This document shows, in pieces, positions 10,711-19,729 of a DNA stretch of 64,000 bases. A program made the position numbers and the translations under genes. The notes under the pieces were generated by a model. It saw nothing but the letters and a program-made list of their open reading frames with translations, was not told the origin of the DNA and searched no databases. How positions within the stretch are numbered: position 1 is the first letter of the stretch; each line of letters opens with the position of its first letter. Source of the DNA: a virus (taxonomy: Duplodnaviria > Caudoviricetes); the IMG/VR virus record IMGVR_UViG_3300028591_000136, positions 37,108 to 101,107 of that record. One strand, given 5' to 3'.

Positions 10711-11175
10711 ATGGCAAAAATAGACCCAAATGCTAATCTATATGATATTGATGGTAATTTAATATCTAAAGCACCTTTAAAGAATAAAACCATCAGTGAA
10801 GTAGAGCAATTAGTTGATGATTTAACTAAAAAAGTTGAAGAAAATCCTGATAATGAAGTATACAAAGTATACTTAAATAACGCTCAGTCCTTCCTATTTG
10901 CTATGTATAATAACATGAGTAAGGAAGATTTAATCTCACGTATCTCAGCCCTACAAAGCAGTGTAGAAGCAGCTAAAACTGAGGTAAATGAAGCAGAACA
11001 AAAGCAGTTAGAAGAAACAAATAAGGCATTAGATGAACTTAAAAAGACGATTGAAAGCCAAAATGGAAGCTCAAAAGAGCCAGGAACAGAAGCAAGCTCA
11101 GAACCTGAACAAGGATCCAAAACAGTGACACCTGAGGAAATGGATCAGTATGTAGAGTATGAAGAAATACTATAA
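10711..11175 (+). CDS. Hypothetical coiled-coil acidic protein
   Basis: 154-aa ORF. Confidence 0.8.
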   Translation: MAKIDPNANLYDIDGNLISKAPLKNKTISEVEQLVDDLTKKVEENPDNEVYKVYLNNAQSFLFAMYNNMSKEDLISRISALQSSVEAAKTEVNEAEQKQLEETNKALDELKKTIESQNGSSKEPGTEASSEPEQGSKTVTPEEMDQYVEYEEIL

Positions 11176-11281
11176 ATAGAAAATTAAACAGCTAGAATAC
11201 GAAAGATATCTATTATATCAAGAATTATTTACAAGATAGATAGAATCATTATGTATTGAAAGTTATCTTAAATGTCGTTAA
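11159..11281 (+). CDS. Small TAG-recoded ORF (40 aa)
   Basis: MKKYYK(Q)KIKQLEYERYLLYQELFTR(Q)IESLCIESYLKCR-TAA, ending just before the terminator. Confidence 0.4.
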
Positions 11282-11296
11282 AAATAATAAAGAATA

Positions 11297-11330
11297 TAGC
11301 CCTGGGAGAAATCCTGGGGCTAATTTTTTT
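11297..11330 (+). terminator. Rho-independent terminator
   Basis: TAGCCCTGGG-AGAAAT-CCTGGGGCTA followed by a T run. Confidence 0.8.
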
Positions 11331-11681
11331 GCAAAATTTTTTATTTTATGAATACGGAAAGGAGAAATTTTATAATTTTTTATTTTATTATAGGTGCAAA
11401 AACACGAAACAGTAATGAACTGACTCCCCATCATCGATTGAAATGGAAACCACCCCCCAGCACAATCTAAGTCTCTTCTAGTATTCAGGCAAGAACAGTA
11501 CTTGCCTTAGGCCATCGCAGCGGTAGCTAACGGAAACGTTAGTCTTAGAAGAGTCCGTCTGACATCCGGGGAGAGAAACGCAACGTGTACCATACACTGA
11601 CGCCTCTCTAGGATCGGCCATGTACATTGCGCTGAGCACAATCTAAGTCTCTCGTAGATAACAACCAAATACACATATATT

Positions 11682-11873
11682 ATGGCACAAACATCTACAA
11701 CCGCATTTTTCTGCACGTACTGCAATCGTGCAGACACTAAGGGAGAGTGGCGCAAATCCCGTGAATATCCTTCAGTTGAGGCACTTTTAAAGGCAATGAC
11801 ACCATACCTTGCCAAGTACCATAACACACAGGTAACGTATCAGACACGCACAGTGTATTCCCTTCAGCCGTAA
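11682..11873 (+). CDS. Small early hypothetical protein
   Basis: 63-aa ORF just downstream of repeat copy 2. Confidence 0.7.
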   Translation: MAQTSTTAFFCTYCNRADTKGEWRKSREYPSVEALLKAMTPYLAKYHNTQVTYQTRTVYSLQP

Positions 11874-11940
11874 GGCTGTTGGGTATACGCTTGGCTCAAA
11901 CTAAATATCTCATAGATGACAGTAACAAATACAAGATATT

Positions 11941-12099
11941 ATGGCAGCAAATAAGGCTTATTTAGAACAGCTACTTGAAACCAATAGGTTTTATGGTGGC
12001 AACAATACTGTTGAACAGTGTATTAGGTTGAACGACTACGACACATCATACGATGAGTCAGGTGTCAGAGATGATGTGCTTGATGCGTTTGGCGTGTGA
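11941..12099 (+). CDS. Small early hypothetical protein (52 aa)
   Basis: MAANKAYLEQLL...DAFGV-TGA, downstream of repeat copy 3. Confidence 0.55.
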   Translation: MAANKAYLEQLLETNRFYGGNNTVEQCIRLNDYDTSYDESGVRDDVLDAFGV

Positions 12100-12285
12100 G
12101 TTAGGGTTTTATACAAAATCCGCTTACGCGCTACCGCACAAGCACAAACTAAATCTCTCCTAGTATTCAGCATACAAACAATAAGGGAATGCGAAACTGT
12201 ACAGTGAGGTAGCGGGAAGACCATAATCCTCCGCCTGAGCAGATACGGATTCCCTTAATATATAGCGTAATCAATACAGAACAAT

Positions 12286-12663
12286 ATGAAGTACAAATTA
12301 ATTTCAGCAAAAGAGGTATACATTCCTCATTATGGTTTGAAAACAACAGCCATTTATAAAATGGTAACAGAAAATGCGCTAGTGTTCCCGCAGCACGTAA
12401 CGTTTTGGCACAGACATGCTCCAGTAGAACTGGAAGCAGACTTAGTACAAGTCAAATTGGATGTGCCACACGTGTGGATTGGTAATGACGGCTGTATGAT
12501 GCGGACAGCAACAGGTCATCTGATGTTGACCCAAAACGAAATACTGTTTTGCCCTAAAACAAAGGAAGGACTGTATTTTATGGGTTACTCTCCACAAGAA
12601 CAAAAAGCACGTCTAATGACACGCTTGTTGCCATGTAAATGGGCAAGACCAGAGGAGGCATAA
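12286..12663 (+). CDS. Hypothetical protein
   Basis: 125-aa ORF with A-rich leader. Confidence 0.75.
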   Translation: MKYKLISAKEVYIPHYGLKTTAIYKMVTENALVFPQHVTFWHRHAPVELEADLVQVKLDVPHVWIGNDGCMMRTATGHLMLTQNEILFCPKTKEGLYFMGYSPQEQKARLMTRLLPCKWARPEEA

Positions 12664-12718
12664 CAGCCTCCTTTCTTTTGACAATTCATTTAAGTTCCAC
12701 AAATAAAATCGTATTATT

Positions 12719-13255
12719 ATGTTGTACAATGTAGTTTCATTCGTAAAACAAATCGTGCCACAGGGTAAGCAAAACGCAGGCACACAGTATGCAGTTGTAA
12801 CCATCGAAGACCCTGAAGATGGTGAACGTCGCGAAGTACCAGTATTTGATGCTGAAGCAAAGCGTTATTTAGACCTTGTACCAAATGCAACTGTCGGACA
12901 AGTAAATCCACTTCCCGATACTGCACCAGACAATCTCAAAGTATGGAAGAATTGTTTCGACAAAGAATTCACATTCCCCGAGACAATGGTACGAGTTAAC
13001 GCACAAGGTCAGCCTGAACTGAATAAGTTCAATCAAATGCGTGTACGAAATTCAGTCCTCGTCATGACACGATACAAGCGTGATAACGAGACTGGAGAAC
13101 TCGCAATCCGAAGAGGTTGGGACTTGACCACTCGTGGCACAAGTATCATGAACGCATTCTACATGCCTCTTCGTGTATTCAACAACACAGCGGGTGGTGG
13201 TGAAGCACTATCCCTTGAAGAGCAGGCGAAGAAAAACGCAGATTTGCCTGTTTAA
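12719..13255 (+). CDS. Hypothetical protein (beta-rich, ADLPV tail; possibly ssDNA-binding)
   Basis: 178-aa ORF. Confidence 0.75.
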   Translation: MLYNVVSFVKQIVPQGKQNAGTQYAVVTIEDPEDGERREVPVFDAEAKRYLDLVPNATVGQVNPLPDTAPDNLKVWKNCFDKEFTFPETMVRVNAQGQPELNKFNQMRVRNSVLVMTRYKRDNETGELAIRRGWDLTTRGTSIMNAFYMPLRVFNNTAGGGEALSLEEQAKKNADLPV

Positions 13256-13430
13256 TTATCTACGTAGCGTACGTGCGGGGTGTAGTTAAGTCTACACTCT
13301 GCACACACGTGTAATTTATTATAGGCTTTATCCAGCGCTCTCCGTATACAACCTGCATATTGCTATGTTATACACAACCTCAATGACTTTGTTATGACGA
13401 TTCTAATAATATAATTAAAAAGAAAGAATT

Positions 13431-13646
13431 ATGTGGAAACCAGGTCAAATAAAATGGCTCAGTAGTAGAAGATACAGAATAAAAAAGGCTAACGAATATG
13501 TAAGCACAAGAAAAAATATATGTAGCTTATGTAAATTGTCTTGCAATTTGAATACACCGTGTGAATTAAAATTTCACCCAGATTGTGTAAGACAATTGCC
13601 AGTTGACTGTTACTTCAAACTCGATCCTAGAAAACCAAAATTGTAG
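13431..13646 (+). CDS. Small Cys-rich protein (KPG-CxxC paralog family)
   Basis: MWKPGQ...YRI...CSLC...C...C..LP..C. Confidence 0.7.
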   Translation: MWKPGQIKWLSSRRYRIKKANEYVSTRKNICSLCKLSCNLNTPCELKFHPDCVRQLPVDCYFKLDPRKPKL

Positions 13647-13650
13647 TGAT

Positions 13651-13965
13651 ATGAAAAAATCAACACGAATCCTTGCAATTATTGTGCTTTTGCTTGGGTT
13701 CTTTGTGCTATCACAGCATTTACAAGCACAAAATGTGGTACGTAATGGGAAGGTATTTGTACAATCACAAACATCAGGTGATTCAACAAAGACTGACTAT
13801 GAGTATCAGGATAAAGATGGCAATAAATATGTCATCTATCTCTCATCAAAAGGCAAGGCATATTGCTGGATGAAGTCTAAAAAGACTGGCAAATTATACA
13901 AGCGATATTTGCCGAAAATAACTGCAATGCTTAACGACATTGATAATGGAAAATATTCTCGTTGA
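13651..13965 (+). CDS. Secreted or membrane-anchored hypothetical protein
   Basis: N-terminal hydrophobic signal MKKSTRILAIIVLLLGFFVLSQHLQAQ; ATG 13651 is more plausible than 13603. Confidence 0.75.
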   Translation: MKKSTRILAIIVLLLGFFVLSQHLQAQNVVRNGKVFVQSQTSGDSTKTDYEYQDKDGNKYVIYLSSKGKAYCWMKSKKTGKLYKRYLPKITAMLNDIDNGKYSR

Positions 13966-14000
13966 GTACGCAGGGTTTGATTGTTTAAACATTATAACAA

Positions 14001-14114
14001 ATGAAACAGTTAAAACCAAGAGTAGTTCGAGACTTCAGAGGTCAAGACTACGTTCAAACAAGTAATGTATGTGGTAATACCACGTATGTTCGTAATTATC
14101 AGGTTGAATATTAG
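14001..14114 (+). CDS. Small hypothetical protein (37 aa)
   Basis: ATG-TAG ORF with A-rich leader. Confidence 0.4.
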   Translation: MKQLKPRVVRDFRGQDYVQTSNVCGNTTYVRNYQVEY

Positions 14115-14116
14115 GT

Positions 14117-14245
14117 ATGTGTGCAAATATATCAATTGACGAAACACTTGGTTTAGAACTCTTAAAACAAATGGCATTTGATTTAGGAATAGTTTTACCA
14201 GAATATGAACAAGAACAAAAAACCAATGATATTTGGTACACATAA
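14117..14245 (+). CDS. Small hypothetical protein (42 aa)
   Basis: MCANISIDETLGLELLKQM...-TAA, directly after the previous ORF. Confidence 0.4.
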   Translation: MCANISIDETLGLELLKQMAFDLGIVLPEYEQEQKTNDIWYT

Positions 14246-14249
14246 ACTC

Positions 14250-14900
14250 TCTCGCACCTGAGCATGTGAATAAACTGCTCACATCTCTATCAGAGAATGG
14301 TAAGACTAATCGATATAGTCATAGAGAACAAAAACATCACATCTACATGTGCTTACAGTACTATCTGGTACGATATCTATAGTCCAACGACTTGAGTGTC
14401 ACATTCAAGGATAGATATGAGTCAGATGTGTGATGATACTCCTGCAGTCCTAAAAACCTTAAGGGGACAGAGGTGCAACATGTGCGTAGTATACTATGCA
14501 GTCAGGTCATGTGAAGAATATATGATACAAAATCCTGGTTTGAGCAATCACCTTGAGCTCATATATTATCTATGTATCAGTCGACAGTTCATGGATATAA
14601 CAGGCGTTTAATCGTTGAATTAATGTAGTACGTAAAGCTACAAAGCTCCTTAGGAAAGAGCGAACCTTACATTGTACTGTGTAAGGTAATGTAAACGTGC
14701 GGGGATTTGTGAGGCTTATAGTGCAATCACTGGCTATCGGCTAACCACATTCCCCGCTTTTTAGTCGAATAACCACATCTCCTACATATAAATCAGCTCT
14801 TTTCACTCGCGAGCTGTAAGGGTCAGCGGATTGTGATCAGGATAACATTCGCGTATTGAACAATTTTCGTTTAGTCTCATCTAGCTGGCCCTTTTTAATT
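14250..14900 (+). ncRNA. Structured non-coding tract ending in two terminator-like stems
   Basis: Small pseudoknot at 14255-14280 and many hairpins. Stems GCGGGGA/TCCCCGC+T run (~14699-14762) and AAGGGTCAGC/GCTGGCCCTT+T run (~14818-14896). Confidence 0.35.
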
Positions 14901-15095
14901 GATTATGTTAAATATATATATACCAATAGTCATTACGTACGGCGGGCTTAAAGCATGTAAAACAGATATCTACGGAGTATTCAAATTATTTGACTGTTCG
15001 TCAATATGGATATGGGATGTAGATATTATTTCGCCTTTTAATACCTAGGCAAGGGGGTTGACCTACCAAGTAACTAATTTTAAATCATTATCAAA

Positions 15096-15197
15096 ATGAA
15101 AAAGAGACTTGACAAAAGAGTGAAAGACTTACTATTAGCTGTAAGTATATTCACATTCTTATTTCTCATTTACACAATTATTCTAATATTCCATTAA
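15096..15197 (+). CDS. Small membrane peptide (33 aa)
   Basis: Basic N-terminus plus one TM helix; TTATCAAAATG start context. Confidence 0.5.
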   Translation: MKKRLDKRVKDLLLAVSIFTFLFLIYTIILIFH

Positions 15198-15198
15198 T

Positions 15199-15417
15199 AT
15201 GAGTAAGATGAGAGTTGGCCAAAACCTCGAGATTGGCACAAAGAAGTATCGGATAACTCGAGCTAAGAATAAAAACATCCGATGTCGTGTATGCCAGGAA
15301 CATAACAAATGTGTTCCTTGCGTGAATCCTGATCCAACAGTAGACAATCCTATTGTATGGACTACTAAAGATTGTCATGAGAAATTACCTGATAACGCTT
15401 ATCCTTATCCTTTATGA
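15199..15417 (+). CDS. Small Cys-rich protein (KPG-CxxC paralog family)
   Basis: MRVGQ...YRI...CRVC...C..C...DC..LP. Confidence 0.7.
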   Translation: MSKMRVGQNLEIGTKKYRITRAKNKNIRCRVCQEHNKCVPCVNPDPTVDNPIVWTTKDCHEKLPDNAYPYPL

Positions 15418-15596
15418 AGAGTATCAAAGGAATATTCATTGGAACTGTCAAAGCGTGCCTCTATATAGGAACATTAATTGGATTGTATTGGGCTTTAAAT
15501 GGTTTTAAAACACTTGCACAAATTGACATTATAGGCATTTTAGCAGTCGGTGCTATAATCAGACATTTTGTAGATAAAGAACAACATTATGAGTAA
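15414..15596 (+). CDS. Small membrane protein
   Basis: Two hydrophobic segments; ATGA overlap. Confidence 0.65.
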   Translation: MKSIKGIFIGTVKACLYIGTLIGLYWALNGFKTLAQIDIIGILAVGAIIRHFVDKEQHYE

Positions 15597-15753
15597 AATT
15601 TGGACTTGGATTAGTGGTTTTGCTGTACTGTTAAGCGCTTTTTGTACGTTAGAACGTGCATTAGATGGTGACATATCAGCTTCATTAGCTTGGGGAGCAT
15701 TGACATTATATAACGTAGGTTTTATAATGTCAAGAATTAAAGACAAAGCATAA
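15589..15753 (+). CDS. Small membrane protein (54 aa)
   Basis: MSKIWTWISGFAVLLSAF...; fills the operon gap. Confidence 0.6.
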   Translation: MSKIWTWISGFAVLLSAFCTLERALDGDISASLAWGALTLYNVGFIMSRIKDKA

Positions 15754-15754
15754 T

Positions 15755-15988
15755 ATGTGGAAACCAGGAAATTTAGTAACGATTCAAGAACGCATCCCTA
15801 TGGATGGTTCATTCTTAATTGTGTCGACAAAGTGCAGAGTCGTACACAACAGTGGACATCACAGATGTTTAAATTGTCCAATGCAACAAAAGTATTGCAA
15901 TATAGACAAATGTGAACAAATGCTCCCACAAAATTGCACACTCAAAAAAGCTCAAATAGATCCTGAGCAAGTAGTGGATCTAAATTAA
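15755..15988 (+). CDS. Small Cys-rich protein (KPG-CxxC paralog family)
   Basis: MWKPGN...CLNC...C...C..MLP.NC. Confidence 0.7.
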   Translation: MWKPGNLVTIQERIPMDGSFLIVSTKCRVVHNSGHHRCLNCPMQQKYCNIDKCEQMLPQNCTLKKAQIDPEQVVDLN

Positions 15989-16002
15989 AACATTTATCAA
16001 AA

Positions 16003-16506
16003 ATGAAAAAGAACGAAATCAGATTTATCTCAACTGAGAATGGTATCAACTGTGAAGGTAACGTCACATTATCACAAGCAGACAGAAAAAAAGCAGAAGA
16101 AATGTTCGATAAAGTACAGGATGCTGCAAAAAACTGTGGTACAACACTCTCGCTGTCACCAGTAGGTATTCAGCTTGGATTTAATGTAGCGTTATCTTGT
16201 GATACTAAATGTATCAACGAAGCTGATGCACGTATGAAATGCATTATTGAAGAGATGCGTGAATTCATCGGTAAGCTGGAGCCAGAGAAGGACGAAAAAA
16301 CTTCTGAAGACGAGCTTATTGCCAAACAACAGCATGAAGCAATAGACAAGTTCTTCGACGAGATGCATGAAAAATATCCAAACGCCAAACTCACAATTGT
16401 ATGTGACGATAATGATTGGACTGCTGTCGCTAGCAATATGCATCCTATGCATGTGTTACATTGTATGGTTGGAGCAATAGCCAATGAACATGGAGAAAAT
16501 CAATAA
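16003..16506 (+). CDS. Hypothetical protein
   Basis: 167-aa ORF with TTATCAAAAATG start context. Confidence 0.8.
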   Translation: MKKNEIRFISTENGINCEGNVTLSQADRKKAEEMFDKVQDAAKNCGTTLSLSPVGIQLGFNVALSCDTKCINEADARMKCIIEEMREFIGKLEPEKDEKTSEDELIAKQQHEAIDKFFDEMHEKYPNAKLTIVCDDNDWTAVASNMHPMHVLHCMVGAIANEHGENQ

Positions 16507-16717
16507 AACATCACCTCCTCGCCCTAAAAATGGGCGGGAGGTTGTACTCAACAAACCGTGTACTATTTTAAAGAAAGATGGTACAACTACATCTGTTGCA
16601 GGATATGGGCCACAAAAGGCCTGTGAAGCGTTTGTGTTCTCTATGAAGAATAATGCAAAGAATCTTAATATCAAACTTGTTGGTAATTATATTGTTAAAA
16701 AGACAATCATAAAATGA
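16484..16717 (+). CDS. Hypothetical protein
   Basis: 77-aa ORF overlapping its neighbours. Confidence 0.65.
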   Translation: MNMEKINKTSPPRPKNGREVVLNKPCTILKKDGTTTSVAGYGPQKACEAFVFSMKNNAKNLNIKLVGNYIVKKTIIK

Positions 16718-17115
16718 GGTATCGAAAGGTGGTAAATCCACATTTTGTATCAAATGAAACATCTAAGATATTAAGAACTCTTGATATCGATGATGATGAA
16801 ATTGATGCAGTAATTGACCATATACGCATAAAGTACAATGTACATGTGTATAATTATGCAGCCCCATTTGTGTCAAAAGAAACAGAAACCAAAAACGTAG
16901 TATTATACGGCTTTGGTGTAAAATTCTGCAATCTTAAACATGGATGGAATCATCGTGTATATATTGGTAAAACACCGTGGATTAAAAATATTTATGATGC
17001 TAAAAGAAAAGCAATAAATATCGCGATTAAGTGGATCTTGAGCCACAAGTCTCAGGAAAAGTGTAAATTTATACGCATAAAGAAAAATGGTACCAGCAAA
17101 ACAAAATCGAATTGA
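16714..17115 (+). CDS. Hypothetical protein
   Basis: 133-aa ORF with ATGA overlap. Confidence 0.75.
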   Translation: MRYRKVVNPHFVSNETSKILRTLDIDDDEIDAVIDHIRIKYNVHVYNYAAPFVSKETETKNVVLYGFGVKFCNLKHGWNHRVYIGKTPWIKNIYDAKRKAINIAIKWILSHKSQEKCKFIRIKKNGTSKTKSN

Positions 17116-17178
17116 TCCAGGTTTCTGGATAGGTCTTTTACTGATTGCAATTTTACTTTACTGCACAATTAAATGTAA

Positions 17179-17592
17179 ATGATTATGCAAAAAGGTCAAA
17201 TTGTAAGAAAATGTCTCTCAAATGGCACAATAGTCGGTGCTTATTGGATGGTTATAGGAGTTAAACGTCCAAATTTAGTTAATGTACAATCTCTCGCAAG
17301 CGAAAAAATAAGAGAATTTGTACGAAAAGACAGACTACATGTGTGTAAAACAGTAAAATTGATTATCTCACATCGTGTATACGATCGTGTAGAAAAAGAA
17401 GTACAAAACGCCATTATTCATGATTCAACTAAAAAATGGTTGGATTTGTTTGAAAAACAACCTGACATTGTTCAATTACGCTCAGAACTATATGAAGAGC
17501 GTACCATGTTATTCTGTGTAGATCAAACTATAAAGATCCAAACAGAAAATGGTATTCGAATACGACTAGACTTGGGCGAAAAGATATTATGA
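17179..17592 (+). CDS. Hypothetical protein
   Basis: 137-aa ORF. Confidence 0.75.
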   Translation: MIMQKGQIVRKCLSNGTIVGAYWMVIGVKRPNLVNVQSLASEKIREFVRKDRLHVCKTVKLIISHRVYDRVEKEVQNAIIHDSTKKWLDLFEKQPDIVQLRSELYEERTMLFCVDQTIKIQTENGIRIRLDLGEKIL

Positions 17593-17786
17593 CTACAATA
17601 TTAAAACCAGGACGACTAATTACTCTTAATAATACTGTATATCAGGCTAAATTAGGAGAAAATGGTTGTGAAGGGTGTGATAGAAATAGTATAAATCTAT
17701 GTCCAATGATAGTCGATAGAAGATTTGAAGAACCAAGGTATGATTGTAAAACATATGGCGTTATATTGAAACGAATTAAACAATGA
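17589..17786 (+). CDS. Small Cys-rich protein (KPG-CxxC paralog family)
   Basis: LKPGR...YQA...CEGC...C...DC. Confidence 0.7.
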   Translation: MTTILKPGRLITLNNTVYQAKLGENGCEGCDRNSINLCPMIVDRRFEEPRYDCKTYGVILKRIKQ

Positions 17787-17811
17787 TAGTTTCATAAAAT
17801 TCTGATTTTCT

Positions 17812-18435
17812 AGAATCAACGGTTCGTGAGAATAGTTGATTCAAATTATTTAGCGCATAGAACTCACCAGATAGCAGGAAACCTCAAGGCCTGCCAGGTT
17901 ACGCTCCACCAAAAATGACAGTTTAAGTCTGAAGAGAGAAGGATGGTCGCGAACAGGTGTAACCCAATGAGGAGAGGGTGCGCGCACGGCATGTATACAG
18001 GAATGGCAGAGTGTCCGAACTGCCTATACATGCCTTATTGGCCAAAAGGCCCCTAATTGATGGGTAAAATCTTTCAAGTGACGGCTCACAAGGCGCGAAT
18101 AGTCACAAGTCAGACGCAGGGCTGACACAGTTGTGAAGAATTATACAAGTGAATCAGACTCCATGGAAATTCCTAGGGATCTAGTATGATTTTAGCAACC
18201 CCACAGTCGTGTCATGACCACTCATTTGAGAAGCGCCTATTGATAACGTACGCCGTGAGTGCAACTGTGGGAACAATATACGTCCGAGGTGGTTTGGAGG
18301 ATCCCGAAATCAAGCTTGCAGAGAATAGGGAGTGTAGGACGTTATTTTATGAGGTTTAGTGCTGTACCGTATGACGATTCGGGAAACGTCCCAAAGGTTA
18401 TAATGGTTGCCTTTTATGCTTGCGTCAAACAGCAC
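17812..18435 (+). ncRNA. Candidate ~620-nt structured RNA upstream of tRNA-Glu
   Basis: No credible ORF. H-type pseudoknot at 17874-17900. Stems GGCATGTATA/TATACATGCC, GTGAC/GTCAC, CCCACAGT/ACTGTGGG and ACGTCC/GGACGT. Confidence 0.45.
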
Positions 18436-18439
18436 ACAC

Positions 18440-18511
18440 GGCCGCATCGTCTATCGGCTAGGACGAGAGATTTTCATTCTCTAAAGAGGAGTTCGACTCT
18501 CCTTGTGGCTA
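18440..18511 (+). tRNA. tRNA-Glu(TTC)
   Basis: Acceptor GGCCGCA/TGTGGCT, anticodon arm AGAGA-TTTTCAT-TCTCT, T-arm AGGAG-TTCGACT-CTCCT. Confidence 0.9.
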
Positions 18512-18645
18512 CAAATTATTAAAACGGATGCTGTGGTATGGATGTTACGAAACCGGGGTCGCGCAAGAAGCAGCTTATAAATCATGACCCGCTGCTAGGA
18601 GATACAGAAGTATCCACAGTTGTCGCCAGACGTCTATAGGCGACA

Positions 18646-18718
18646 GCGTTGTTAGCTCAGTTGATAGAGCACCGGCTCAATAAGCCGGAGGTCGTTGGTT
18701 TGAGTCCAACACGACGCA
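18646..18718 (+). tRNA. tRNA with atypical anticodon loop (TCAATAA; nominal AAT/Ile, C at position 33)
   Basis: Full cloverleaf GCGTTGT/ACGACGC, GCTC/GAGC, CCGGC/GCCGG and GTTGG-TTTGAGT-CCAAC. Confidence 0.7.
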
Positions 18719-18757
18719 CAATGCAATATTGCAGAAAATGATCAAAACATTATCAAA

Positions 18758-19117
18758 ATGGCAAAGAAACTTGTTTTTGCAAGCAACGACGAGTGCAAAA
18801 AAGCATCTTCAATTCTAAAACAAAACAACATTGAACATGTTCTCGTCACCTACAAACACGAAAAGAACGAAAAAGTTTTTATCGTTGTACGAAATGTGAT
18901 TCTGAAAGATGTAAATCAGATAAATCTTCGGATTTCACGAGTAAAATCTATGCGACACTTTGAGAACACGGCTAATAAGCATAATTACTTTGAGCCACAG
19001 TTTGTATGCAAATGTAGAAACTGTGGCAAAGAGTTTAAACATCGCATAAAAGAGGCTGTGTGGTGCTCAAAAGAATGTCATAAAGCGTTTAGAAACGCAA
19101 AACGACAAGTTAAATAA
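18758..19117 (+). CDS. Hypothetical protein with C-terminal zinc finger
   Basis: CRNCGKEF...WCSKEC. Confidence 0.8.
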   Translation: MAKKLVFASNDECKKASSILKQNNIEHVLVTYKHEKNEKVFIVVRNVILKDVNQINLRISRVKSMRHFENTANKHNYFEPQFVCKCRNCGKEFKHRIKEAVWCSKECHKAFRNAKRQVK

Positions 19118-19186
19118 GGTCTATTCCAAGTCTTCCTCAAAGACTGGATGTTAACTAAAGTTTAATCTCAAAAATTATCAAAGTTT

Positions 19187-19729
19187 ATGAGAAAATTATT
19201 AAGCTTAATGCTTGTAGCAGCAATGGGAATTATACTTCTCGGAAGCTGTGAACGTTTGGGTATCAAAAGTCCAGGAGACAACTATGATACCTCTGATTCT
19301 GCACAAGTAGCAGAGTATGTAAATCATGCAGTAAATCCATCTATTATGGATATTGCAGAAGCGCTCTCTCTGAAGCAACAAATGCTTGAAAAACAGTCTA
19401 TCGACTCTGCGTTTGTATCTCTTTCTGATGCTACAATAAGAAATGTTGCATCTGTGTTACTGAAAAAGAACAGTTTTATACACAAGAAAGATATTATAGA
19501 CGAGTATCGACGATGTCAAAACGTATACGACAATCTTCCGACTGACATAAAAGCAACTGCCGTTGATAAAACTGCTACTGATTTAGGCACTAGGCAGTCT
19601 GGAGGAAATGATTCAACTGATCCTGCTAGTTCCAGCAATGTTATTAGCAATAACCTTAGCTTTAGGACTGACACTATCGCTGGCAAGCCGACTAGAGTCA
19701 AAATTCAAACGATAGAAAGTTATGAATAA
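19187..19729 (+). CDS. Putative lipoprotein
   Basis: Signal peptide with lipobox LLGSC. Confidence 0.75.
   Translation: MRKLLSLMLVAAMGIILLGSCERLGIKSPGDNYDTSDSAQVAEYVNHAVNPSIMDIAEALSLKQQMLEKQSIDSAFVSLSDATIRNVASVLLKKNSFIHKKDIIDEYRRCQNVYDNLPTDIKATAVDKTATDLGTRQSGGNDSTDPASSSNVISNNLSFRTDTIAGKPTRVKIQTIESYE

Larger units (their letters stand above)
11460..12170 (+). repeat. Four dispersed ~22-29 bp direct repeats GCWCAAWCTAARTMTCTYNTAG (candidate early promoters)
   Basis: Copies start at 11460, 11636, 11894 and 12142. Confidence 0.8.

Noticed and set aside
11460-12170. CRISPR array
   Set aside because: Spacing is 176-258 bp with ORFs between copies, and the repeats are non-palindromic and divergent.
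18646-18718. Opal suppressor tRNA (TCA in the loop)
   Set aside because: TCA occupies positions 32-34, not 34-36, and TGA behaves as a stop throughout the window.
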